Made by a program: the position numbers and the translations under genes
NCBI RefSeq assembly: GCF_963921235.1
Contig: NC_086097.1
Location: 26,538,001 to 26,602,000 of the forward strand
DNA: 64,000 nucleotides
DNA from: Mobula hypostoma
Taxonomy: Eukaryota
Direction: 5' to 3'
In this document: positions 50,273 to 62,357 of the stretch, one piece after another
Layout: each line of letters begins with the position of its first letter
Numbering within the stretch: the first letter of the stretch is position 1
The notes under the pieces: model-generated
Told to the model about the DNA's origin: nothing
The model's input: only the letters and a program-made list of their open reading frames with translations
The model's database searches: none

Positions 50273-50667
50273 AATAAGAAACTGTTTGCATGGTTCTCAT
50301 CTAACCAGATACCAGGGTTAATTTAAGCACGATTCTGGGAGAGGGTATGGTTCTAAGAAAGATAAATCATCTCAATATCCAAATTACTAGAAACTACACA
50401 ACAGAACTGGCAGATTCAAACTCATTAATTAAGATGCATGTGATTAAAAAGATAACAGAACAAAGGCAGTGGTGATAGCTATTAAATTGTGATGCTTCAT
50501 GTCTGAAAGGGTCTTGCATACCTTGGGAATGGTGGTGCAATGATTAAATTTCTAAACATGTAATCCAGTCATCTAACAATCCAGAGACATGAATTCACTT
50601 TATCATTAATAATGGTGAGCATAAAACTATAGATTACCATAAAATGCATTTTGTTCACCTTTTCCCT

Positions 50668-51312
50668 TCAGACCAAAAGACACAGGAGCAGAATTAGGCC
50701 ATTTGGCCCATCAAATCTGTTCTGCTATTCCATCATGGCTAATTTATTATCCCTCTCAACTCCATTCTCCTGTCTTCTCCCTGTAACCTTCGATGCCCTT
50801 ACTAATAATCTTTCAACTATTGCTTTAAATACACTCAATGACGTGGCCTGCACAGCCATCTATGGCAATAAATTCCACAAATTCACCATGCTTTGGTGAA
50901 AGAAATTCCTCATCGTATCTATTCTAAAGGGATGTCCCTCTATTCTGAGGTTGTGCCCTCTGGTCCCAGACTTTCCCACTACAGGAAAAATCCTCTCCTG
51001 TCCTTTCTATCTGGCCTTACAATATTTGACAGATTTCAATGAGATTCCCCCCCCCCCCATTCTTCTAAATTCCAGTGAGTACAGGCCTAGAACCATCAAA
51101 CTCTCCACATTTGTTCACTTCTTCATTCCCAATATTATTCTTGTGAACCTCTAGACCCTCTCCATTGCCAACATGTACTTTTATAGATAAGGGCTCCAAA
51201 CTGCTCAAAGTACTGCAAGTGCAAGCTAACCATTGCCTTACACAGCTGCAGGATTATTCTAGTCCTCTCAAAATGAATGTTAACACTGCATTTGCCTTCC
51301 TTAGCACCAACT
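50668..51312 (-). mobile_element. CR1 3' fragment
   Basis: Same family as 29270-30682. Confidence 0.85.
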
Positions 51313-51959
51313 AAGAGACAGAATTATATCAAATGTACATGATGTGGCTCCAAAGCAGAAATGTGGTTGACTCAATACTACCTGCTGAAATATCTAACCA
51401 CTCAGTGGTATTTAAATCATTACATAAACAAGGACCAAGATAAGCATAATGGAGCAAACTGGGATCAAACTAGGCACTAAATGTGAACATTTTCACCCTA
51501 GTTAACCTTGCAAAGTACTGCACACTAATATCTAGGAACTATATTGGAAGAGCTCTCCTATATATTAAACTAGCCAGAGTTTGAGATGGTCCAATATACT
51601 GGGTAGGAAAGGCTCATAGAGTAAGATAGCTGAATCACAAAGGACATAGTTTCTAGACAGCTGAATGTATATCCGATTGGCCAACCTTGTGATCTGGTCA
51701 GTTGCCATGCTGTTTGATATGGCTAGAAAAGGATGCTAATCCAATAAACCCACCATCATCTGTCCAAAAAATTAGTCATAGAGCACAACAGCACAGAAAC
51801 AGGCCCTTGACCCCACCCCCTGCTCCCATTTACTCTGTGACAAACTGTTACTCTGCCTCGTCCCATCTGGACCATAGTCTCCCCATACCCCTCTCATCCA
51901 TGTACATCCAAACTTCTCTTAAATGTTGAAATCAAACTCACATCAACCTGCATCACTCT

Positions 51960-52715
51960 CTGACTGGAAGCTTGTAATTAGTGGAGTGCTGCAGGGATTG
52001 ATGCTGGGTCCATTGTTTCTCATAATACCAATGATCTGGATGATAACGTGGCAAACTGGGTTGGCAAATTTGCGGATGTAGTTATCAGCAAGGAAGACTA
52101 TCAAAGCTTGCAGCAAGATCTGGACCAGCTGGAAAAATGTGCTGAAAAATGACAGATCGAATTTGATGTAGACAAGTTTGAGGTGTCACACTTTGGGAGA
52201 ACAAACCATGGTTGGGTTTACACGGTGAGTGAGGGTACTAAGGAGTGCAGTAGAACAGAGGGATCTGGTGAAGGTGGTGTCACAGGTAGATAGAATTGTA
52301 AAGATAGCACTGGCATATTAGCCTTCATTACTCAAAGTACAGGAGATGGGATTTTATGCTGAAGTTGTACAAGACATTGGTGGAGCCTAATTTGGAGTAT
52401 CGTGTGTAGCTCTGGTCATCTACCTACAGGAAAGATATCAGTAATAATGGAAGAGTATAGAGAAAATTTACTAGAATGTTGCTGAGACTTGACGACCTGA
52501 CTTGTAGTGAAAAGTTGAATAACTTGGATTCCATGGAGCACAGGAGAAAGGGAAAATTATGAGGGAAATAAATAAGGCAAATGCAAACAGGCTTTTACCA
52601 CTGAGCTTGGGTGAGACTAGAATTAGGGGCCATGGCTTAAGGGTGAAAGGTGAAAGGTGAAATATTTAAAGGGAACATGAAGAGGAACTTCACTCAGGGT
52701 GGTGAGAGTGTGAAT
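51960..52715 (+). mobile_element. CR1 RT/3' fragment, heavily degraded (flanked by minus-strand CR1 tails at about 51775-51945 and 52725-52910)
   Basis: SGVLQG..LGPL..GKFAD remnants; LKLYKTL; GNMKRNFTQ. Confidence 0.85.
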
Positions 52716-53912
52716 GCCAGTGAGTCACTCAGTCATAAACTACTACAGCACAGGAGCAGGCCCTCCAGCTCACGTAATCTGTACCAAACTATTAATATGC
52801 CTCGTCACATCAACCTGCACCTGAATCCCCCCATACTCTTTCCATTCAAGTACCTATCAAAATTACTCTTAAATGTTGAAATCGAATCAGTATCCACCAC
52901 TTCCACTGGCAGGAAATTTTTGAAAAGTTGCTTTGAAGTACCCACTGGCATTAGAAGTTCACTGAGTCGTCAAAGCAGGTGGTCATAGCCATGGCCTGCT
53001 CCATCAGGCTTCAAGTGAGGGTAAAAGTAGCCAAATGGATGAAGAGATGATAAACAAGTCAGGGGCTAGAAATATCTGAGGCATTTGGCAGATGAGGTTT
53101 TTGATCCATGCCTGCTTCACACAAAAAAAAATTCTCAAGCCTTGCTATCTTCTCTTATCATATTTGCAACATTTTTGCTTTACAGCTAAAAAGCCAAGGT
53201 ACACGCAGATATCTTGCAGACCATAAAGAGCTCTGTAGTCATCTGCCAGCAGCTGAAGTTTCTGGTTACAGTTGGCACCATGGCAACAGAGAACACAAAA
53301 CAAGAATTTTATATAATGATGGCCTGCACGCACCCAATGTGCCCTTTTTATTTGTAAAAGTGCTGTTTAGTTTATGAGGACATCTTAAACAAGGTCATTG
53401 GATCTGGCTCAGTTACTTCACTGACTGTCACACAGCCACTAAATTTCACAATAACAAAAACAAAGCAAAACTGAACCTAAACTACAAGAAAATTAAATGT
53501 GTATTACGTACCACTACAGGTATACGGAAGCAAGAACCAAAATGTACTCTTGCAGATTTTAATCTGGGAATTCAATCACGGCAATAGGCAATCTGCTGCC
53601 CATATCTGAATATTGCTAAGGAAGCCCAGTGTGGCATCTTCCCACACTATCATCTGTGTAAACCCAGGAGCAACTTTTCAGCTAGACCACTAAATAAAAG
53701 TGGGAGGAGCAGACATAAGTGGCCCAAAATGGTATCTTTTGAGACAGCCCCTTTTAAAAACAGCACTGACCGAACAGGAGAAGGTTGGTTTGTTAAGTTT
53801 TTCTCCAAACATTTTAAGTCACCTTTCTACAAATGGTGCCATTAAAGATCTCTACTATCCCTACTATTTTGATACATTATTTATATCTCTACTTTTCAAC
53901 TACTATAAAGCT

Positions 53913-54465
53913 GAGGTCAAACCACACGAAGTATTTTGAGCAGTTTGGGGCCCCTTATCTGAGAAAGGATGTGCCAGCACTGGAAAGGGTCCAGAGAAGG
54001 TTGTTGAGAATGAACCTAGAAAAGAAAAGGTTAATGTACGAGGAAGATTTGAAAGCTCTGGGACTGTACTCACTAGAATTTAGAAGAATGAGGGAGATCT
54101 CATTGAAAGCTATCAAATATTGAAAGACAGAGATGCAGTGGACTGGAGAAGATGTTTCCAATAGTGCGGGAGACTAGGACCAGAGGATGCAGCCTCAGAA
54201 TAGAAGGATGACCCTTTAGAACAGAGATGCGGAGGAATTTCTTTAGCCAGAAGTAGTTAATCTGTGGAATTCATTGCCACAGACAGCTATGGAGGCCAAG
54301 GCATTGGTATATTTAAAGCAGAGGTTGACAGGTTCTTGTTTAGTATGGGCATCAAAGGTTATGGGGAAAAGGCAGGAGAGGGGTAATAAATCAGCCATGA
54401 TGGATTGGCAGAAAATACTTGATGGGCTGAATGAGCTAATTGTGCCCTTATGTCTAATGGTCTAA
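53913..54465 (+). mobile_element. CR1 3' fragment
   Basis: EQFGAPYLRKDVPALERVQRRL..LGLYSLEFRRM. Confidence 0.88.
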
Positions 54466-54744
54466 TTTTATTATCTAGTAAGCCTGAGATCACAGGAAAT
54501 CTCACACCAATATTATAGGGTTTAACCTTCTTTCCAAGACTTAAACAGAATGTAAACTGACATCTCTGTACAGGGAGTATTGCATTGTTAGAGATGCCTT
54601 CTTTTAGATGAGATTTTAAAATGAGATCTATGCAAAACATTGAGATGACATTACTTCAAGGGTGCTAACCAGTATTTAGCCATCAAACAAAATGTATCAA
54701 AAATGGATTTTTACTTGGTTGTAAATACAACCAGGCTCCTTAAG

Positions 54745-55278
54745 GTTGTTATAGTCGGCGGGGGGGGGGGGGGGCGTAGTAGTGGGGATAAGTTCTAACC
54801 AGCTATTAAATGCTCCCAGTGGTGTGTGTCTCAAACAGCCTCTGACAACCAAGTCTAGCTCCTGGCCTTCACGTGTGGCTAGTTATTATGCCTAGCAGAA
54901 CCGCTTCTACTGATAGTGGAAAGAGGAAAGGCAAGTTTTAGCACCCTAAAACCAGCCATAGTTGGCAGTTCATCGAGAAAAAGGAAAACTCTGACCTCAA
55001 ACCTCCACTGCCTTGCGGCTATACCCACTCACAGGGCAGGCTTCGGGAGTTAAACCCCAAGGAAAAATCCGTAACTGGAGTCCCTAAGGCAGCTCTATGT
55101 TGAGTTCAATGCTGACTGGCAATTCAAGCTGTTTTGCAGGTATCAAGCTGTTTTGGCATCCACCATTCCTCTGGATTCATTAGCTGCATGGAGAGGAAGA
55201 ACCTGCTACATGGGCAACAGCTTGTTCTCCACGTCATTCAACCCTGGCTCATCCATCACGTAGACAGCTGGACGCCAC
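54745..55278 (+). mobile_element. RTE-like 5'-UTR-derived non-autonomous element
   Basis: GAAAAAGGAAAACTCTGACCTCAAACC and GGCTTCGGGAGTTAAACCCC resemble RTE 5' UTR motifs from memory; no ORF. Confidence 0.5.
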
Positions 55279-55284
55279 TTTTTT

Positions 55285-55435
55285 TTTGCATAGTAGGGGA
55301 ATAAAAGGTTATGGGGAAAAGGCAGGTAGGTGGAGATGAGTCCGTGGCCAGATCAGCCATGGTCTTATTGAATGATGGAGCAGGCTTGACAGGAGAGATG
55401 GCCTACTCCTGCTCCTATCTCTTATGTTCTTATGC
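55285..55435 (+). mobile_element. CR1 extreme 3' end
   Basis: GGTTATGGGGAAAAGGCAGG..GGCCTACTCCTGCTCCTATCTCTTATGTTCTTATG. Confidence 0.85.
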
Positions 55436-55914
55436 AACATCCATGGTTGACGCCGACCAATGGAAGGCCTCTGAAAATGCAACTTGATAGGAGTATCTGC
55501 CTGCAAAACTGTGACTGCACCACAAATGTAATCAATTGTCTGTGACATTCTGGCAGTCTGAACATGAAAAACGCTCTATAAATGCAAACTTTTTTCTGGT
55601 TAGCAAACTTAGAAGAGGAAATTAGAAAGGTCAACAAGTGTTTAGAAATTGCTTAGAACAATGGAAATGCCTAAGTATTTATTCCTCTCCAAAGATGTTG
55701 CATGACCTGCTGAGTCCCTCCAGCATGTTGTGCGTGTGTTACTCAGGGTTTCCAGCATCTGCAGAATCTCTTGTGCTTACAACTTTTCCTTATTCTGAAT
55801 AATCAAAAGCATACTAAATGTCTGAAGCTCCAAACTAAGGTAATAGCATCAGGTGACAATGTGCAATCAGCCACTGGAAAAAAAATGTTTTTTTTTTGTG
55901 CTGTATCTCTCAAT

Positions 55915-56185
55915 TATGGACATGGAGAGGGTATTTCCTATAGTGGAGAGTCCAGGACCAGAGGCCATGGCCTCAGAATGCAAGGGTGCCCCTTAGAACA
56001 GAGATGAGGAAGAATTTCTTCAGCCAGAAAATGGCGAATCTATAGAATTCATTGCCACAGGAAACTGTGGAAGACAAGTCATGGAATATATTTCCAGCAG
56101 AGGTTGATAGGTTTTCATTACTGAAAGCACCAAAAGTTACAGGGAGACGGCAGGATAAAGATGTTGAGAGGGATAACAGATTGCT
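55915..56185 (+). mobile_element. CR1 3' fragment
   Basis: GESRTRGHGLRMQGCP..NFFSQ. Confidence 0.8.
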
Positions 56186-56599
56186 GGAACAGATATGACA
56201 TCAAAGGCTATTAAGTAACTGACATCCCATTTGCCCACTCAACTATTGTTTAAAAAAAACTTCAACGGACTGGAACCTGACAGAAATGCAGGTAGCTTGC
56301 CATTGTATTGCCAGCAATTCTCAGTGTTTCAAAAATCCCTTGCAAACATAAGGGTGGTGAGCTTGCTAGCCACAACTCATCCTTGGATCCTCAGCTGTGT
56401 ACTGATATTCGACGTATGGGCAAATCACAGGCTTTCTAAACCTGTTGGGCAGCTGGCCAGTAACCTGCCCAAAGAGTAACAGAAAGTAACAAGGTGATTC
56501 ACATGCTTAAAAATACTTAAAGGTTTTACCTTTTTTAAATTGTTAAAATTCTCTAATCATTTGATTGATTCATGGATGTTAAATATATCTGAATCTCAG

Positions 56600-57040
56600 A
56601 GATACCGCGGAGAGCATTCTGTTTACATCACTGTCTGGCGTGAACAGGTCACTGCATGGGATCAGAGAAGGCAGCAGAGGGTTGTAAACTCAGCCAGTTG
56701 CACCGTGCACTGGCCTGTGCAGCATCGAGGACATCTTCAATAGGTGATGCCTGAAAAACGCAGCATCCATCATTAAGGAGCCCCACCATGCAGGACTTGC
56801 CTTCTTCCCATTGCTAGCATCAGAGAGGAGGTAGAGGAGCCTGAAACCACACTCTCAACATTCTGAACAGTCCAGGCACCCATGAACATTAACTCACAAT
56901 TTTTTTTTTTGCTTTTTTGCACTGGTTTAATTTTATTAAATCTTACTGTAATTGATTATTTATGAGTAGCACTGCACTGCTGTCACGAAACAACAAATTC
57001 CATGACATAAGTCAGTGACAATAAACTTGATTCTGACTCA
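56600..57040 (+). mobile_element. Rex/Babar-derived 3' fragment
   Basis: ESILFTSLS..QRVVNSA..CAGCATCCATCATTAAGGA..tail ACAATAAACTTGATTCTGA. Confidence 0.75.
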
Positions 57041-57659
57041 GAAGCATTCAAGGATTTAACAGTTGGCTAAGTCTTTCGATGCCTGCTTTAAAGATCTGTC
57101 AAAGTTCCAGAATTGTTCCACAAACAGAGTTTACTCTGGCCTATTCATAAGTCATAATGCAAAGACTGGTGTTTTTTTGGGATACGACCATTAGATCCTG
57201 CTACATCAGAAAACCGTAAGTTTTGTGGAAAGAATTAAGACAAAAGGAACTGCGGATTGAAATATAAAACAAACTAAAATAAGTAAAATGCAAAAATATA
57301 CTCAAATAAGGTATCTTCAGCACCATGATGAGAGATCACCATCACAATATCTTCAAGAATACTACCTGATCTACTGAGTAGTTTCAAAATTTTCTGGACA
57401 TTTTAATTTGCTCACATCTCCAGCAGCCTTCTTTAGTAAAAGAAAAGGCAACTTGCAGCTAATACATTGGTTATTAGTAAAGTTGTTCAGCCAAGCTAAT
57501 GAGGAATCAATTATAATCATTATTGTTTACCATATTTAAATAGAAATCCACAAAAATGAAATAGTGAATTTTTTTCCCCAGCTACATCTTGACCATGAGT
57601 TAATACCTTTCAGTATACATTCTAGCTGCATTGATTTAGAAATACGTAAAAACAACACA

Positions 57660-57935
57660 TGGGCACCATGGTAGCTTAGTGGTTAATGCAACACTATTAC
57701 AGCTCGAGGCCTTCCAGAGTTCAGAATTCATTTCAGGCACCATTCTGTAAGGAGTTTCCGTACGTCCTCCCCGTGGACTGTGTGGGTTTCCTCTCACGGT
57801 CCAGAGATGTACTAGGTTATTGTAAAATGTCCTATCGTAAAACTAGATTAAAGTTAATCAGGATCGTGGGTTTAGTGGGGCAGCACGGCTAATATGCCCT
57901 TAGGCCCTATTCTGTGTAGTACCACTAAATTAAAA
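57660..57935 (+). mobile_element. V-domain tRNA SINE
   Basis: GGCACCATGGTAGCTTAGTGGTTA head; CTGTAAGGAGTTT..CCTCCCCGTGGACTGTGTGGGTTTCC. Confidence 0.72.
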
Positions 57936-58019
57936 AAAATAAAAGCAGAGGAGTTTTATAAAGAATTGATCTACTCTAAATAAACATATGCCATTAATAC
58001 AAACACATGCTGAAGAATG

Positions 58020-58182
58020 CAAACAACAGAAATTCTGCAGATGCTGGAAATTCAAGCAACACACATAAAAGTTGCTGGTGAATGCAGCAGGCCAGGCAGC
58101 ATCTCTAGGTAGAGGTGCAGTTGACGTTTCAGGCCGAGACCCTTCGTCAGGACTAACTGAAGGAAGAGTGGGTAAGGGGGGA
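58020..58182 (-). mobile_element. Penelope-like tail, same subfamily as 25940-27412
   Basis: Near-identical to 25940-26100. Confidence 0.88.
58118..58154 (-). ncRNA. Minimal hammerhead ribozyme motif
   Basis: Minus strand AGTC-CTGACGA-AGGGT.CTCG.GCCT-GAAA-CGTC-AACTG; intact core, one stem I mismatch. Confidence 0.72.
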
Positions 58183-59074
58183 CAAAATACATTATTACGT
58201 CAATTACAGTGCTCAAACTGAAAAAGGAGATTCAAGGAGTTTGACCATCCCATAATTGTTTCATAAAGTGAAAGTGACAGAAGGAGATCTGGATTTATAA
58301 CTTTTGCTACTGAGAAAACAATTTCCTTTCATTAAAAGAGCAGTGACCTTACAATACCACAGTGGCCTAGAAAACACCAACTTTCACGACATACAATATA
58401 TCAGTGATAATAAACCTGATTCTGATGTCAGCCCACAATGCGGCCCTTTTAGAAGGAAAAAGTCTATAGATCCCTTCCTTTGCCCTTTATTCTCATTTCT
58501 TCCCCTGCCCACCCCCAGTCATTGTAACTATTCATTCTCAAATTCAAGACTTTAAGCACTTCACACTATCTAATGGATTACCAATTCGGTGGTTTTATTC
58601 ACTGACACTGCGAAACTGAAACAAGTTATAAAATCCAACAGAATAGTGGATTACCCATCTCTTTATCCTATAAAGAAATTGGCTCCGAACTTTCTTTGCA
58701 ACAGTGAACTCCTGGTGTCTAAGCGCAGAAGATATTTTCAGCGTTAGCTGTGGTGCCAATTCGCATTGCCAAGCACTCAGCATAATGCAATGTCAGTGTG
58801 CACTCAACATCTTTCAGCACTGTTGTACTCCCAGCATCATCTAAATAAGCACGTTTGGTTCTCTTAAGTTTAGCTGCGGGCCATCTATCATACATTGACA
58901 GCTTAAAAATGCAGTGCAGTCATTTCTTATGATTTATCTTAACAATAAATCAAATTTGCAAATTGCAGAGTCACTTAATGGTGTCAGCATTCTAGGCAAC
59001 AATCAGAACTGCCAACTACATGATTAAACTCCTGCATGTTACATAGTACTTCATAACACAATCTCATGCAGCTA

Positions 59075-60697
59075 CAGTGGCATGCAAACGTTTGGGCACC
59101 CCGGTTAAAATTTCTGTTACTGTGAATAGCTAAGCGAGTAAAAGATGAACTGATCTCCAAAAGGCATAAAAGTTAAAGATGACACATTTCTTTAATATTT
59201 TAAGCAAGAAAACTTTTTAATTTCCATCTTTTACAGTTTCAAAATAACAAAAAAGGAAAAGGGCCCAAAGCAAAAGTTTGGGCACCCTGCATGGTCAGTA
59301 CTTAGTAACACCCCCTTTGGCAAGTATCACAGCTTGTAAACGCTTTCTGTAGCCAGTTAAGAGTCTTTCAATTCTTGTTTGGGGGATTTTCACCCATTCT
59401 TCCTTGCAAAAGGCTTCTAGTTCTGTGAGATTCTTGGGCCGTCTTGCATGCACTGCTCTTTTGAGGTCTATCCACAGATTTTCGATGATGTTTAGGTCGG
59501 GGGACTGTGAGGGCCATGGCAAAACCTTCAGCTTGCGCCTCTTGAGGTAGTCCATTATGGATTTTGAGGTGTGTTTAGGATCATTATCCTGTTGCAGAAG
59601 CCATCCTCTCTTCATCTTCGACATTTTTTTTTACAGACAGTGTGATGTTTGCTTCCAGAATTTGCTGGTATTTAATTGAATTCATTCTTCCCTCTACCAG
59701 TAAATGTTCCCCGTGCCACTGGCTGCAACACAAGCCCAAAGCATGATCGATCCACCCCCGTGCTTAACAGTTGGAGAGGGTTTGGAGAGGGGTTCTTTTA
59801 ATGAAATCCTGCACCCTTCTTTCTCCAAACATACCTTTGCTCAAAAAGTTCTATTCAAAAGGTTCAAAGGGACATCTAAACAAGCCTGATGCATTTTGGA
59901 AACAAGTCCTGTGGACTGATGAAGTCAAAATAGAACTTTTTGGCCGCAATGAGCAAAGGTATGTTTGGAGAAAAAAGGGTGCAGAATTTCATGAAAAGAA
60001 CACCTCTCCAACTGTTAAGCATGGGGGTGGATCGATCATGCTTTGGGCTTGTGTTGCAGCCAGTGGCACGGGGAACATTTACTGGTAGAGGGAAGAATGA
60101 ATTCAATTCAATACCAACAAATTCTGGAAGCAAACATCACACCATCTGTAAAAATGCCGAAGATGAAAAGAGGATGGCTTCTACAACGGGATAATGATCC
60201 TGAACACACCTCAAAATCTGCAATGGACTACCTCAAGAGGCGCAAGCTGAAGGTTTTGCCATGGCCTTCACAGTCCCCTGACATCATCGAAAATCTGTGT
60301 AGAGACGTCAAAAGAGCAGTGCATGCAAGACAGCCCAAGCATCTCACAGAACTAGAGGCCTTTTGCAAGGAAGAATGGGTGAAAATCCCCCAAACAAGAA
60401 TTGAAAGACTCTTAGTTGGCTACAGAAAGCGTTTACAAGCTGTGATACCTGCCAGAGGGGGTGTTACTAAGTACTGCCATGCAGGGTGCCCAAACTTTTG
60501 ATTTGGGCCTTTATCCTTTTTTTAATTTCCATCTTTTACAGTTTCAAAATAACAAAAGTTTTCTTGCTTAAAATATTAAAAGAAATGTGTCATCTTTAAC
60601 TTTATGCCTTTTGGAGATCAATTCATCTTTTACTCGCTTAGCTATTCACAGTAACAAACATTTTGACCTGGGGTGCCCAGACTTTTGCCAGGCACTG
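59075..60697. mobile_element. Palindromic (foldback) non-autonomous Tc1 element made of two inverted transposase 3' halves
   Basis: TA|CAGTG...CACTG|TA; IR/DR motif AAAAGTTTGGGCACCC; DNDPKH..SPDLNIIE (D34E) on minus at 59295-59624 and on plus at about 60190-60290. Confidence 0.95.
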
Positions 60698-60704
60698 TAT
60701 ATTC

Positions 60705-61150
60705 TGACTGGCATGGAGCTTCCAATGCATGGAACCATAAGAGGCTGCAGAGGGTTGTACTTTCAGCCAGTCCAATCATGGAACAACCCTACTTGTCAAC
60801 AAGGACGTCTTCACAAGGCAGTGCCTCAAAACTGTGGCATCCATCAATAAACACTCTCACCATCTGGGCCATGCCCACTTTGCATTACTTCCATCAGGAA
60901 GGAGGTACAGGAGTCTGAAGACACACTGAAAATTTTAAGAACAACTCCTTTCCCTCCGTCATCTAATTTCTGAGCAGTCCATGAAGCCATGAACACTAGC
61001 CCATCATTTGTCTTTTTCACTGATTATTTAATTTTGTAATTTATAGTATTTTTTGTAACTTAGTAATTTGTATGTCTTGCACTGTACTCCTGTTACAAAA
61101 CAATAAATTCCTCAACATATGCGAGTAATAATAAAACTGGTTCTGATTAT
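60705..61150 (+). mobile_element. Rex/Babar-derived 3' fragment
   Basis: WHGASNAWNHKRLQRVV..CATCCATCAATAAA..GGAAGGAGGTACAGGAGTCTGAAG..tail. Confidence 0.78.
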
Positions 61151-61589
61151 AAGCTGACTCAACTCATTTTAATACAGACCATGTTTTCTTCTCCTTCCGT
61201 AGAACTTTGGGGTTAAGGGTGAAATGCGTCCACTACAGTTCTGAGGGGCCTGCTGAGAACAACATGAGTCTGTCACAGATAAATAGGCTGTGCTTTATCA
61301 GGCAGTACTTTGGGCAGTTTGGGAGATGATATGCTCTTCTACCATTTATACTGGGTTTCTGTGCTCCCAAGGAGACCTGAGGTACTCAAATCCATACCAA
61401 ATGCTTCTTCTCTATTTAGATAGGCAAGGGCCTGGGGTTCCCTTTGAGCCAATGGGGACATTAATCTTTTTCAAGTAAATGCTGAGAAGATCCTTCAGCC
61501 ACCTCCTTTGTTTTCTTGGTTATCTCTTTCCATAATAGATTTTGGAAAGTGTACCAGTTTTGGGAATCTAATATCAGGTACATAGACTC

Positions 61590-62038
61590 ATTGAGCAGTA
61601 CAGAATAGACATAGGCCCTTTGCCATCTAGTCCATGTCAAACTGTTAACCTTCCGAGTTTTCCATACCCCTCCCACTCCATTTACTAATCCAAACTTCTC
61701 TTTAATGTTCAACTCGAAAAAACATCCACCACTTCTGCTGTTAGCTCGTTCCAAACTCACATCATCCTCTGAGAGAAACTCCCCTTAAATTTTTAACTTT
61801 TTACTCTTAACCTATGACCCCTAGTTCCAGTCTCCATGGAAAAATATTCCGAACCTATTCAACCTTTCCCTGTGACTCAGATCCTCAAGCCCAGCAACAT
61901 CCTTGTAAAATTTCTCTGTACTCTTTCAATCTTATTGATATCTTTCCTATAGGTAGCTGACTAGAACTGCACACAATACTCCAAACTCAAAATTTGGCCT
62001 CACCAGTGTCTTGTACAACTACAACATAGCATCCCAAC
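61590..62038 (-). mobile_element. CR1 3' fragment, degraded
   Basis: GACTAGAACTGCACACAATACTCCAAA..GGCCTCACCAGTGTCTTGTACAAC. Confidence 0.8.
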
Positions 62039-62357
62039 ATGAACAATAATGTCTCCCCATCACAGATGACTGAGCGTCACTGGGGCCTTAAAGGTGGGAA
62101 TGTTGGCCTAGAAAGTACAGTGACATTTATTTACGTTTATCAATAGATCTGAAAGATTTCACAAAATAACATGGGTAGAGTCTCAACCCAAAACAACAAC
62201 TCTTTATTACTCTCTATTCTGCTGCCTGACCTGCTAGTTCCTCCAGCAATTTGCTTGGATTTCGATTTTATGCATGTTTATGCGTGATGCTTTGAGCTGC
62301 CTGCTGTGTGGATGTCTTGAGTCAGAAGTATAGAGGAGAGCAAAAATCACTGCTTCT

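Noticed and set aside
54758..54775. Poly-G run as a G-quadruplex element (also about 22668-22683)
   Set aside because: Simple homopolymer expansions with no further support.
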